64,000 nt of DNA, from the NCBI GenBank assembly GCA_038321985.1, contig JBBQFN010000019.1, positions 32,001-96,000 of the forward strand, given 5' to 3'. Of this stretch, positions 48,877 to 57,993 are shown piece after piece. The notes under the pieces were generated by a model. That model ran no database searches. It had not been told where the DNA came from and saw only the letters and a list, made by a program, of their open reading frames with translations. The first letter of the stretch is position 1. Every line of letters starts with the position of its first letter. Both the position numbers and the translations under genes were made by a program. Source of the stretch: Cyanophyceae cyanobacterium. Its GTDB lineage: Bacteria; Cyanobacteriota; Cyanobacteriia; Cyanobacteriales; Laspinemataceae.

Positions 48877-50217
48877 TTATTTTACAGCCTCAATCAGTTT
48901 TTGATAAATATCTACCAGACGATCATTAAGCTCGTTAATGTTATAATGTTTTTCTACATAAGCACGACCAGCACGGCCCATTTTCAATCCCACCTCTGGA
49001 TGATCTATAAGATAGGCTAGCTTCTGGGCGAGTCCATCCACCTCTCTTTCAGGAACCAGGAAGCCGGAAATTCCATCTTCAATCAGTTCGGGGATCCCAC
49101 TATGAAGAGTGCTGACTACTGGCAAACCTGTTGCCATTCCTTCCATTAAGGTAACGGGAATTCCCTCGCGATCGCCTTCTTGAGAGGTAACACTTGGGGC
49201 TAGCAAAATATCCACCTTTTGGAGCAAATCAAGGACTTCTGACTGCTGCTTCCACCCCAATAAATTGACCTGATCGCTCACCTCAAGTTGAATAATTAAG
49301 TCCTCTAAGTATTCTCGTAAGGGGCCATCACCAACGATCTGGTACTGGATCTTTCGGCTCTTCCCGAGTTGGGCGATCGCGCGAATAGCGTATTCCACCC
49401 CTTTCTTTTCTACTAAACGCCCAATAGTCAGTATCTGAACACAATCGTTATTCCGGGGTTTGGGTGGACGACAAGAAAACTTCGTACAATCAATTCCCAT
49501 CCGATGCACAGCTATTTTATCCTCAGGGCATCCTAACTCCAGAAGTCGGCGCTTCCATAGTTCGCTAATCGGTTGAAATAGGTCACCTCCCTCGAATAAG
49601 TGAGCGTAAATATGTTCCCCATATTTCTGAAGATAATTGGAAATATCGAAGCCATGAAACGTCGTCACCAGGGGTCCCTGTAATGCACCAGTATCTCGTA
49701 ACATCAACCCCCTCATGCCGTTACGTCCGTAGTGGCAATGGATGATGTCATAGGCTCGCTTATTTCGCCTCTTTAAAAACGGAAGGGCTGAATAAAATAA
49801 CCTCAACAAAACTGCCTGTTCGCCGTATTTGGAGAATTTATATTTAAAAGGATTTAAGGTCCGCCCCACGACGAGGGGATGATGAGAAAAATTCGTAAAT
49901 AGCAGAACCGGAATTGCAACTATCCGTCGCATTCGTCCCAGTGGCATTCTAGTGTAGTAGGTGCGATTCAGCAGTTTATAGCGTTCTACGTCAGGATGAA
50001 CTTTAGCCGTATCACCCTGGAGGTCAGCATAAATATCGACCTCATGGCCTCGATCAAGCAGCCCCGTTATCTGGTTTAAAATAAAAGTTTCTGATAAACT
50101 GGGAAACTGGTCTACAAGGAATGCGATTCGCACGTTGGTTATCCTTAAAGGGGTTGGGTAGCTATTAATAATTTGCTGGGTTAAGCCAGCGCTAGAGCGA
50201 ACCGATGTAAAACTCAC
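48877..50217 (-). CDS. GT4 glycosyltransferase (WcaL-like)
   Basis: FPSLSETFILNQITGL; TTFHGFD; GRLVEKKG; EGIPVTLMEGMA. Confidence 0.9.
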   Translation of the reverse strand: MSFTSVRSSAGLTQQIINSYPTPLRITNVRIAFLVDQFPSLSETFILNQITGLLDRGHEVDIYADLQGDTAKVHPDVERYKLLNRTYYTRMPLGRMRRIVAIPVLLFTNFSHHPLVVGRTLNPFKYKFSKYGEQAVLLRLFYSALPFLKRRNKRAYDIIHCHYGRNGMRGLMLRDTGALQGPLVTTFHGFDISNYLQKYGEHIYAHLFEGGDLFQPISELWKRRLLELGCPEDKIAVHRMGIDCTKFSCRPPKPRNNDCVQILTIGRLVEKKGVEYAIRAIAQLGKSRKIQYQIVGDGPLREYLEDLIIQLEVSDQVNLLGWKQQSEVLDLLQKVDILLAPSVTSQEGDREGIPVTLMEGMATGLPVVSTLHSGIPELIEDGISGFLVPEREVDGLAQKLAYLIDHPEVGLKMGRAGRAYVEKHYNINELNDRLVDIYQKLIEAVK

Positions 50218-50237
50218 CCTATCGATTTTTAAAATTT

Positions 50238-51209
50238 TTAGACGCCTGATGGTTGAAAGTTAGAGTTAATCATTAAACTTTCAATATCCATCCGAGCCGG
50301 TTCCGGTGGTATGAATTTAGGCACGCCAATTGCAATAATCGCGATCGGAGAGATATAGGCGGCGATCCCCATCTTATGGGCGAAGTTTTCATATATTTTT
50401 TTGTTAACTTCTCGCGAATTTATCAAATCATCTGCAAAATGATTCCAACAGACGCCTAATCCACATTGGTGAGCTAGCAATACCATTTGCATGATGGCTG
50501 CCCCAGAATCAATAAAAACTCCTCGCTCCTCTCGACCGAGTGCTCCATACACCCGAGTATCCATCCCTACAAATATGAGCAAGGGAGCGTTGATGCAATG
50601 TTCTTCTTTTATTTTCTCTAAAAGTTCTTTTTCTTGTCTATTTTGTAAAATAATAAACCGCCACGGTTGACGATTGCCTGAGGTCGGTGCCCATCGTGCG
50701 GCATCAATCATGCTGTAGGCTATTTCTAGAAGGACCTGTCCTTCTGGTTGTTGCTCAGCCCAGACTCGAACGCTACGTCTTGAGCGCAAAAATTCTAGAA
50801 AGGGTTGGGCGGATGTCGGGTTAAATGCTTGGGCCGGAAGGCTATTTTTGACGATAAAATCTTCTTCTAGATTGCTAAAAGTATCATAGATTTTCTTAGA
50901 CCAAACGATGGTTGGTTCATTTTCAGGATAATCTCGTTCCTTAAGAATCTGGTAAATTACAGCAAGGGTTTGCCACTTTTGGCTATAAATACTGTGTTTT
51001 GATTCCAGTATCTGGTTATAAACTGATTTTTCAATTCGATGAGATTCATGACGCATAAGGCTAAGCAGTTCATCATTGCTTTTGCTGGACAGATCATCGT
51101 ACGGGTTGGTGGATTGAGGAGAACGCCGAAAAACAAAATGGTAAATAGCCAACAGGCCTGGGATCTGCTTTAATTGAGACTTAATGTTCATTTTTTCCTT
51201 CCAATTCAT
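50238..51209 (-). CDS. nitroreductase-family flavoprotein with N-terminal extension
   Basis: RSRRSVR; APTSGNRQPWRF; D.GAA...M.L.A...GLG.CW. Confidence 0.85.
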   Translation of the reverse strand: MNWKEKMNIKSQLKQIPGLLAIYHFVFRRSPQSTNPYDDLSSKSNDELLSLMRHESHRIEKSVYNQILESKHSIYSQKWQTLAVIYQILKERDYPENEPTIVWSKKIYDTFSNLEEDFIVKNSLPAQAFNPTSAQPFLEFLRSRRSVRVWAEQQPEGQVLLEIAYSMIDAARWAPTSGNRQPWRFIILQNRQEKELLEKIKEEHCINAPLLIFVGMDTRVYGALGREERGVFIDSGAAIMQMVLLAHQCGLGVCWNHFADDLINSREVNKKIYENFAHKMGIAAYISPIAIIAIGVPKFIPPEPARMDIESLMINSNFQPSGV

Positions 51210-51273
51210 CTTAGCAAAGTATCAAAAAATACTCTACATTTTTTCGATATCCATCTGCAAAACTCTGACAGTT

Positions 51274-52344
51274 TTAGGGTAGCCCCACCATTTCTGGTAT
51301 CCGGTCAAAATAAAGGGCATTCCAGTCTGGAACTTCTCGACTTTCAGCAGCTAAACACTGAGTTACTAAACTTGGAATTTCATTTAGATTTTCTGCTAAA
51401 GCCACGAAAGGAACATCTTGAAACCACGAAATAGCCGATGTTAATTTATGATCCACCGTAGGCAATACTACACAGGGTTTTCGACAAAGCACCGCAAAAA
51501 TCACCCCGTGATAGCGATCGGTAACTACTACATCGCACGCGAGGAATAAATCTAGGGTATTGTCCAACGTTTTTTCTCGCTCACCCGCAGCAATGGGTTG
51601 ATCGAGAGTGGTATCGTAGTAAGTACAGGGATAGGGCAGAGAATGGCCGATTTCTTGACGCTGTGCCTCGGTTAAAGCAGATTCATCATCGAGACGCAAA
51701 CACAGAAGAACTTTTGGCGGTTCGTTTTTTGTTGGTGATTCTCTGGGAGCCATAGATAAAACAAAGTCCGGCATACAAAATGTCTTGGCTTTAGGAAAAA
51801 GTTCTGTGGCTAATTCGCCACTGCGAGGATCTCGTCCAATTACCGTTAGATTGGGGTGAGTTGCATAAATTTGTCGGCTATTTTCCTGTTCGGTTCTGCC
51901 TACTTTAGTGTCGCTAAAGTAAATAGTTTGGGGCAGACTGACAATCTGATTGGCGGGAAAGGAAGTGAGTAATAAGCGCCGACGGCTTTCAGACCAAATA
52001 CCCCTATCACCGAGATTTCCACCGCTGTGTAAGAAAAAAATGTCTTCCGGCTGAACCAACCACTTCAATCCAGGCAAGAAATGCTGGCATTCATCCTTAT
52101 CTAGTTCAATAACAGGTAGATCAGGAAAATGTTTTTTTAGCCACCCATGAATGGCGATCGCTTGTGCCTGATCCCCCACATTGGGTAGGTAGGGGGGCGG
52201 CGTTAAAGCGTAGATAATTTTTCTCTGCTGCGTAAGATGTCTGTATTTATAGAAAAAACCCAGATTATCTCCTATTCTCAGCGGGACTTTACCAACATTA
52301 ACGACCTTTCTACCAACCTTTCCGATAATGCTTTTGATCCCCAT
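51274..52344 (-). CDS. polysaccharide pyruvyl transferase (EpsI-like)
   Basis: NVGDQA; GGNLGD; LPQT; RD..S; PDFV; VVTDRYHG. Confidence 0.88.
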   Translation of the reverse strand: MGIKSIIGKVGRKVVNVGKVPLRIGDNLGFFYKYRHLTQQRKIIYALTPPPYLPNVGDQAQAIAIHGWLKKHFPDLPVIELDKDECQHFLPGLKWLVQPEDIFFLHSGGNLGDRGIWSESRRRLLLTSFPANQIVSLPQTIYFSDTKVGRTEQENSRQIYATHPNLTVIGRDPRSGELATELFPKAKTFCMPDFVLSMAPRESPTKNEPPKVLLCLRLDDESALTEAQRQEIGHSLPYPCTYYDTTLDQPIAAGEREKTLDNTLDLFLACDVVVTDRYHGVIFAVLCRKPCVVLPTVDHKLTSAISWFQDVPFVALAENLNEIPSLVTQCLAAESREVPDWNALYFDRIPEMVGLP

Positions 52345-52413
52345 GCCTACCTCTTTTAATTGAGTTACTGTAATTTGATAGTTTTTGGTTCAACTACAAT
52401 TTTTTAGTTTAAG

Positions 52414-53949
52414 TTAATTTCTTTGCTGTGGGGGTCGAAGTTCCTTAGAAAGTTGCAAGATTTCCAAAAGTATCTGTCTGCCGTTGGGAAGTATTAGCCA
52501 CAAGCCTAAGTAAAATAATCCATATAAAACGCAATTTATCAATAGCAAAATAGCTCCCTTTATGCCACTGAACACTAGAGAATTTATCATAAAAAGTAAC
52601 CAACCTGCACCGATGGATGCCACCGTCGGTCGAGATAAGGTGATGGCTAGATCTCTCAACCGCAGGGGCGAATCTTTATAAGCATAAACCAGGCCAGGAA
52701 CTTGGAGAATGACCCGGGAGATACTGTAGCCTGCAGCCACACCAATCGTACCCCATCGGATCCCAATAACGAAACTAAGAACGGTAATACTTGATGAAAT
52801 AATACTCCAATGGAACTGACGATCAGTACGGCCAAATGAAATAAAGGCCCATCCGGCTGCCATATTGAAGGTACCCAAAAAAGCAGCCACAGATAACACC
52901 TGGAAGATAGGAACTGCCTCTGTCCATTGCGAACCTAGAAGGGTAACTATGAGATTATCGGCAGTAATAAAGCAAAAGGCAATAATCGGCATCCCCAACG
53001 TCACCATCACGAGAATCGCCTTATGATAATAAGAACGATATCGCTCCGGTTCATTTTGAAGACGACACAGAGTGGGAATAGCTACGTTCCTGAGAGGGAG
53101 GCTGATTTGTTCAATAGGTAGCAATAACAGTTGGTAAGCCTTAGCATAAAGACCTAACGGTCCCGCTCCCAAGCGCCATCCAATAATAACATTGTCAAAG
53201 TTGCGCGCCAAGTAGTTGACCATACTAAATCCTGTGAAATTCCCCCCGAAAGCCAGCATAGAACGAACCCCAGCGTTGCGAACGGGAGAACCCGGACGCC
53301 AACCGCACAAGACCCAAACCCCCACTGCCGTGACAATTACCTGTATTAATTGTAGGATTACCAGTGACCAATATCCTGCTCCATATTGAGCCGCGATTAA
53401 GGCTACGCCGACACTTACCAACATGGAGGTAATCTCGATCGCCGCTAATGCCCCAAATCTCATCTGCCTACGCAGTAAGGCTTGGTGCTGTACGCTCAAA
53501 CCCCCAAAGATAAAGCCCATCCCTAAAAAGATTGTAATTCTTGTCAAACGGGGCTCCTGGTAGAACCAAGCCAGCCCTGGTGCCAGCAACCAAGTCACCA
53601 CCATCAGAACGGCGCTAATTCCTAGGTTGATCCAAAACAGGGTGCTAACTTGACGGTGGTTCACTTCAGACCGTTGAATCGTTGCCAGAGACAAACCTAA
53701 GTCTCGGAATTGATCTAAAAAACCGACCACCACCGTCACCATGCCTAGTAAACCGTAGTCTAGGGGGGTGAGTAGACGAGCAAGAATAATCGTGGAAGCG
53801 GTTCTCAAGATAAATTTGGCTACTTGGGCCACCAGGGTGATCGCACCACTACGAATCGAGCGACCTTTAAGATCTGCCTCTATGTGATCCGTTCTGAAGT
53901 GGAGATCCGGGTCAGTGGAACGAGGACCGTTTTTAGGGATCTTAGACAA
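52414..53949 (-). CDS. wzx: Wzx flippase (WzxC-like)
   Basis: ILARLLTPLDYG; DLGLS.ATIQ; STLFW.N; NFDNVIIG...GLY.KAY; many TM segments. Confidence 0.9.
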   Translation of the reverse strand: MSKIPKNGPRSTDPDLHFRTDHIEADLKGRSIRSGAITLVAQVAKFILRTASTIILARLLTPLDYGLLGMVTVVVGFLDQFRDLGLSLATIQRSEVNHRQVSTLFWINLGISAVLMVVTWLLAPGLAWFYQEPRLTRITIFLGMGFIFGGLSVQHQALLRRQMRFGALAAIEITSMLVSVGVALIAAQYGAGYWSLVILQLIQVIVTAVGVWVLCGWRPGSPVRNAGVRSMLAFGGNFTGFSMVNYLARNFDNVIIGWRLGAGPLGLYAKAYQLLLLPIEQISLPLRNVAIPTLCRLQNEPERYRSYYHKAILVMVTLGMPIIAFCFITADNLIVTLLGSQWTEAVPIFQVLSVAAFLGTFNMAAGWAFISFGRTDRQFHWSIISSSITVLSFVIGIRWGTIGVAAGYSISRVILQVPGLVYAYKDSPLRLRDLAITLSRPTVASIGAGWLLFMINSLVFSGIKGAILLLINCVLYGLFYLGLWLILPNGRQILLEILQLSKELRPPQQRN

Positions 53950-54041
53950 AGGACTCCTACAAAGAAATATTGTAAATAATATCGAGGGGCCTTAGCAGGT
54001 TAGGACCAATTCTAGACCCGAGTTTGAATCCAAAACGGTCT

Positions 54042-54992
54042 TTAATTTATCCATTCTGAGAGGTCGCGATTGATCAACTCTTGTAGTTTGAGAATATCTT
54101 CTCGGTAAAGATTGTTCAGTTCCTGCCGCACCTCTGGAGATAGGGGCGGTTTAGCAATGTTATGCTTCTGAATCTTGCTTACAATTTGCTTGCGAAATTG
54201 TTCAGGTAAGATTGCTTTCAGGCCACTTTTGATAGGGTTCGGCTGAGTCAACAGACTATTCAACAGTTGATTTTTAGGGATTCCAGAAACAAGATGTTTT
54301 TTTGAAACATCCGGTAGCCAATCCCCATTCACACCCACAAATCCCAAAATATCTTCTAGCAAGCCAGTTGAATCCCTTACTAAATCTTCATACAAATAAA
54401 CTTTTATCTGATTTCTATCAAAAATATCGAAATATCGCCTCATCTGCTCATAGTAGAACCCGACCCGGATGTAGTGACGCTCTCCCCACCAGACATCATT
54501 CCGTTTACTATAATCTTCTTTTTCTAAAACTTGGCGAAAATCCAGAATGGGTTCACCCCCCTGTTGTACTCGGTGGATAAAGGAAGAGTAAGCTCGTTCG
54601 ACCGGATGGCGGAGGATGGCGATTAACCTAGCATCAGGGATGTAGTGATGGATGCCTTGAGGTGCTTTAGGATGATAGATGTATGCAGGGGATGCTTCCC
54701 CAATAGCAATTTCATCACCCACTCCATCAAAGAGTGCTTGGTATTGTCCTATCTCGGTGATTGCATTATTAATAAGTTCTCGATAGCGATTACTTGAATC
54801 TAGAGGACGGGCGGTCGAGCCATCCGATTTTGCAGGAGGAGGACCTGATTCAATATTAAGACCTTCAAAAGCAAAAAAACCAGGCTCCTTAACCGGACTC
54901 ATGTAAATTTTTGGATGCTGCTTTAAATAGTGGTAGAGTGCAGTAGTTCCTGATTTAGGCGCACCGATAATTAAAAAATTTGGCATCGTCAT
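54042..54992 (-). CDS. PAPS-dependent sulfotransferase
   Basis: IIGAPKSGTT (5'-PSB); KEP; GEASP.Y; LRHPVERAYS (3'-PB). Confidence 0.92.
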   Translation of the reverse strand: MTMPNFLIIGAPKSGTTALYHYLKQHPKIYMSPVKEPGFFAFEGLNIESGPPPAKSDGSTARPLDSSNRYRELINNAITEIGQYQALFDGVGDEIAIGEASPAYIYHPKAPQGIHHYIPDARLIAILRHPVERAYSSFIHRVQQGGEPILDFRQVLEKEDYSKRNDVWWGERHYIRVGFYYEQMRRYFDIFDRNQIKVYLYEDLVRDSTGLLEDILGFVGVNGDWLPDVSKKHLVSGIPKNQLLNSLLTQPNPIKSGLKAILPEQFRKQIVSKIQKHNIAKPPLSPEVRQELNNLYREDILKLQELINRDLSEWIN

Positions 54993-56041
54993 ATAGTTTA
55001 CCCTTCCTAAAAGCCGTGAAACGGTTACAAAACCAACTTAAAAAGACGTAATTTATCTATACAAAATGTACATAAATGTTGACAATTCCGAGTTCCTCCT
55101 CCGCTTTCTGAGATTTGTAACAGCTATATTTCCTAAACTCAAACTCATAAATAAATTTTATAATTAATTTCTGAAGTATTTTAAATTTTTACTAATTTAA
55201 TTAATTTATAAATTAGATTAATTAAAATATTCTAATTCTAGTTTATTATCATATTTTCCCCGGTTTTGTTTTATTTTAGAAATCTATTCAATCTTTCATT
55301 AAATTGATAATAACTCCAATTTTTATTTTTTATCTATTCTCCTTATCTAGAAAATTTTGCTCAGCAATCGATCACAGCGTGTACAGTTGGCGGTCCCCTC
55401 CAGTTTTAGAAAAACCCAGGTTTACCGATAGCAGCACCCCCCTTGCTAGGAGGGGCGTGAATTATTTTACTCTGGGGGCATTTTAGAATTTGGGATCACT
55501 CAACATTATTACATCTCTGAACCTAACCCGCCTTTTTTTGTAATGAGTTGCCTTCCTGCCATTTAAGCAAGATTCATTCAGCATTTAGATGTAAGCGTCA
55601 AATCGAGTGGGTGGGCAACTTACAAGGAGACCTTATAAAAGCCTTCACTTTCTAGCTATGCGCTCCGGCTGCGTGTTTCTGTCCTTAGTTTAATCAATAC
55701 CATTCGTGCCGAGTGCAAAGGCCCTAGAATAAGCCATTAGGCTAGTTCATTTAGACTACCATAGCTAAAGTCGGTAAAGGTTCAAGAGCAGCAAATCGGG
55801 ATTCAGGCATAGCTACTGCACCCTCCTTATGTAGAAGGAAGCCAAGCAATTGGATAAGGATAAAAATCGGACGCCTAGCGTATTTATCCTATGTCATAAT
55901 TATAATGCAAGGAGGACAAGCAGAAGAACATAGCTTGCCCAGGGATTATGAATCTTACCGTATGGGTCTTTGTACTAACCAGAACCATCCCTCGCTCTCG
56001 TGCGTTAAGTTTAAGTAGTAGAAACATCTTCTGTCTCCGGA

Positions 56042-57919
56042 GTGTGTATGTTCCCTCCAGGTTTTTCCCAAAAAATAAGTAAACCCCTTGCGAAGGGCAG
56101 CCTGCTGGCCCTTTTGGGGTCCGTGTCTTTGCCATTGTCTAGTCAGGCTCAGGTGCCTTTTCAGCAAATTCATGCCCAGTTACAACAGGATCCGAGTCCC
56201 TTGGGATCAGACCTCGAGTACAGATTAGCACCAGGCGATCAGATTCGGATCGAGAACGCAGAAGGACGGGAATATAGTGGCGATTTTGTCATTCCCAGGG
56301 ATGGGAATATTTCTCTCCCGCTTGTTGGTACTGTAGGAATCTCGGGTTTGACGATCAAGGATGCAACTGAGTTGCTTGTCGCTCGATACCAGCGCTTTTT
56401 TAAATATCCCCAGATAGGCTTGAGTTTGATTATTCCTCGCGCTTTGAACATCGTTATTTCCGGAGAAGTCTCTTTTCCAGGGGCCTACACAATCCCAGTC
56501 CAAGACACTCGATTCCCTGGTGCCCAGTTGCCACCCGTCACTCAGGCACTTCAGCTGGCTGGGGGAGTCAACCTAGCAGCTAACCTCCGGCAAGTTGAGG
56601 TACGCCGACAATCCGTTAATGCTCCGCCACAAGTTATTACTCTCGATTTATGGGCATTTTTAGAAAGAGGAGATGCCAGTCAAAATATCCCCCTACGTGA
56701 CGGAGACACAATTTTCGTCCCTACGGCAGATGTAATTAACATAGAAGAATTACGACGACAGGCAACAACCAACTTTTCCTCCGATCCGAATGCAGCTCGG
56801 ACAGTGGTTGTGGTGGGAGAGGTTCAGCGTCCAGGTACTTACATTATTAAAGGAGGAGAAACCAGAAGCGAACGTGTATCTGAAGGACTGCCCACTGTTA
56901 CCCGTGCTCTGCAGTTAGCCGGAGGTGTAACGGCCACTGCAGATATTCGCGAGGTCTCGATCCGTCGCCTCACCCATTCCGGCAGTGAACAAACCCTTAC
57001 TGTAAATCTTTGGGATTTTTTGCAGTTAGGTGCAGTTAGTGAAGATACTATACTCCAAGATGGGGATACGATTGTAGTTCCAACAGCAGCCGGACCCAAC
57101 CTGGAAGAAACTAGGGAAATACTCCAAACAAACTTTGCGATTCCAATGACTGAGCCTCGCACGGTGATGGTGGTAGGCGCAGTCACGCGGCCGGGATCCT
57201 ATGTTGTTCAAGGGGGAGACACAGCAGTTGATCGGGTATCCTTTGTGGGATTACCCTCTGTGACCAGAGCCATTCAGTTGGCTGGAGGAATTCTGCCCGA
57301 AGCTGATGTCCGACAGGTACAGATCAAACGCCCCACCAAAGCTGGCGGGGAACAATTGGTGAACGTAGATTTATGGCAGTTGTTACAGACAGGAAATAGG
57401 AGCCTAGACCCGATCGTGGCAGAGGGAGATACAATTGTGGTTCCCCTGGCCAGTGAAAGCAACCCCAAAGAATCTGCTGAACTTGCAGCCTCTAGTTTTG
57501 CCCCAGAGTTTATTCAAGTTTATGTTGTTGGAGAAGTGGGGCAAATTGGAAATTTTAGACGTGAACCTGTACAGTTACCAGGCAATACAACTTTGAATCA
57601 AGCCTTGCTGGCCGCTGGAGGATTTCAAAATAGTCGAGCCAATCAAAGTTCAGTGGATCTGATTCGGGTAAACCCCAATGGTACGGTGAGTTATAGGACA
57701 ATTTTGGTGAATTTTGAAGATCCCATAAATGAACAAAGCAATCCTCTACTTCGTGATAATGACATGATTATAGTTGAACGATCAAGGATTGCTCGCTTTG
57801 CAGATACATTGCAAACTTCATTGGGTTCAGTCGTGACCCTTCGCCAAGTAGTTGATGTCCCGTTTAGGATATTAGAGTTTTTGCAGTTTTTAGGCATTTT
57901 TAGATCACCCAATCGGTAA
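56042..57919 (+). CDS. wza: Wza-like polysaccharide export protein with four SLBB repeats
   Basis: YRLAPGDQI...DG.ISLPLVG Poly_export domain; repeated GEV..PG.Y...VT.A.QLAGG...LWxxL..GD modules. Start may be ATG56048. Confidence 0.88.
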   Translation: MCMFPPGFSQKISKPLAKGSLLALLGSVSLPLSSQAQVPFQQIHAQLQQDPSPLGSDLEYRLAPGDQIRIENAEGREYSGDFVIPRDGNISLPLVGTVGISGLTIKDATELLVARYQRFFKYPQIGLSLIIPRALNIVISGEVSFPGAYTIPVQDTRFPGAQLPPVTQALQLAGGVNLAANLRQVEVRRQSVNAPPQVITLDLWAFLERGDASQNIPLRDGDTIFVPTADVINIEELRRQATTNFSSDPNAARTVVVVGEVQRPGTYIIKGGETRSERVSEGLPTVTRALQLAGGVTATADIREVSIRRLTHSGSEQTLTVNLWDFLQLGAVSEDTILQDGDTIVVPTAAGPNLEETREILQTNFAIPMTEPRTVMVVGAVTRPGSYVVQGGDTAVDRVSFVGLPSVTRAIQLAGGILPEADVRQVQIKRPTKAGGEQLVNVDLWQLLQTGNRSLDPIVAEGDTIVVPLASESNPKESAELAASSFAPEFIQVYVVGEVGQIGNFRREPVQLPGNTTLNQALLAAGGFQNSRANQSSVDLIRVNPNGTVSYRTILVNFEDPINEQSNPLLRDNDMIIVERSRIARFADTLQTSLGSVVTLRQVVDVPFRILEFLQFLGIFRSPNR

Positions 57920-57993
57920 ATTAATTATCAATAAATCTATCAAATTTTTCAAAATTATCATTAAAAATTACCAGAAATTTTAGAGGATTAAAC

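Noticed and set aside
55048..55062. GTA...TAC as an NtcA site
   Set aside because: The spacer is 9 nt rather than 8.
55304..56173. Short ORFs in the EPS divergent region
   Set aside because: No motifs or RBS; two of them overlap the wza start on the opposite strand.
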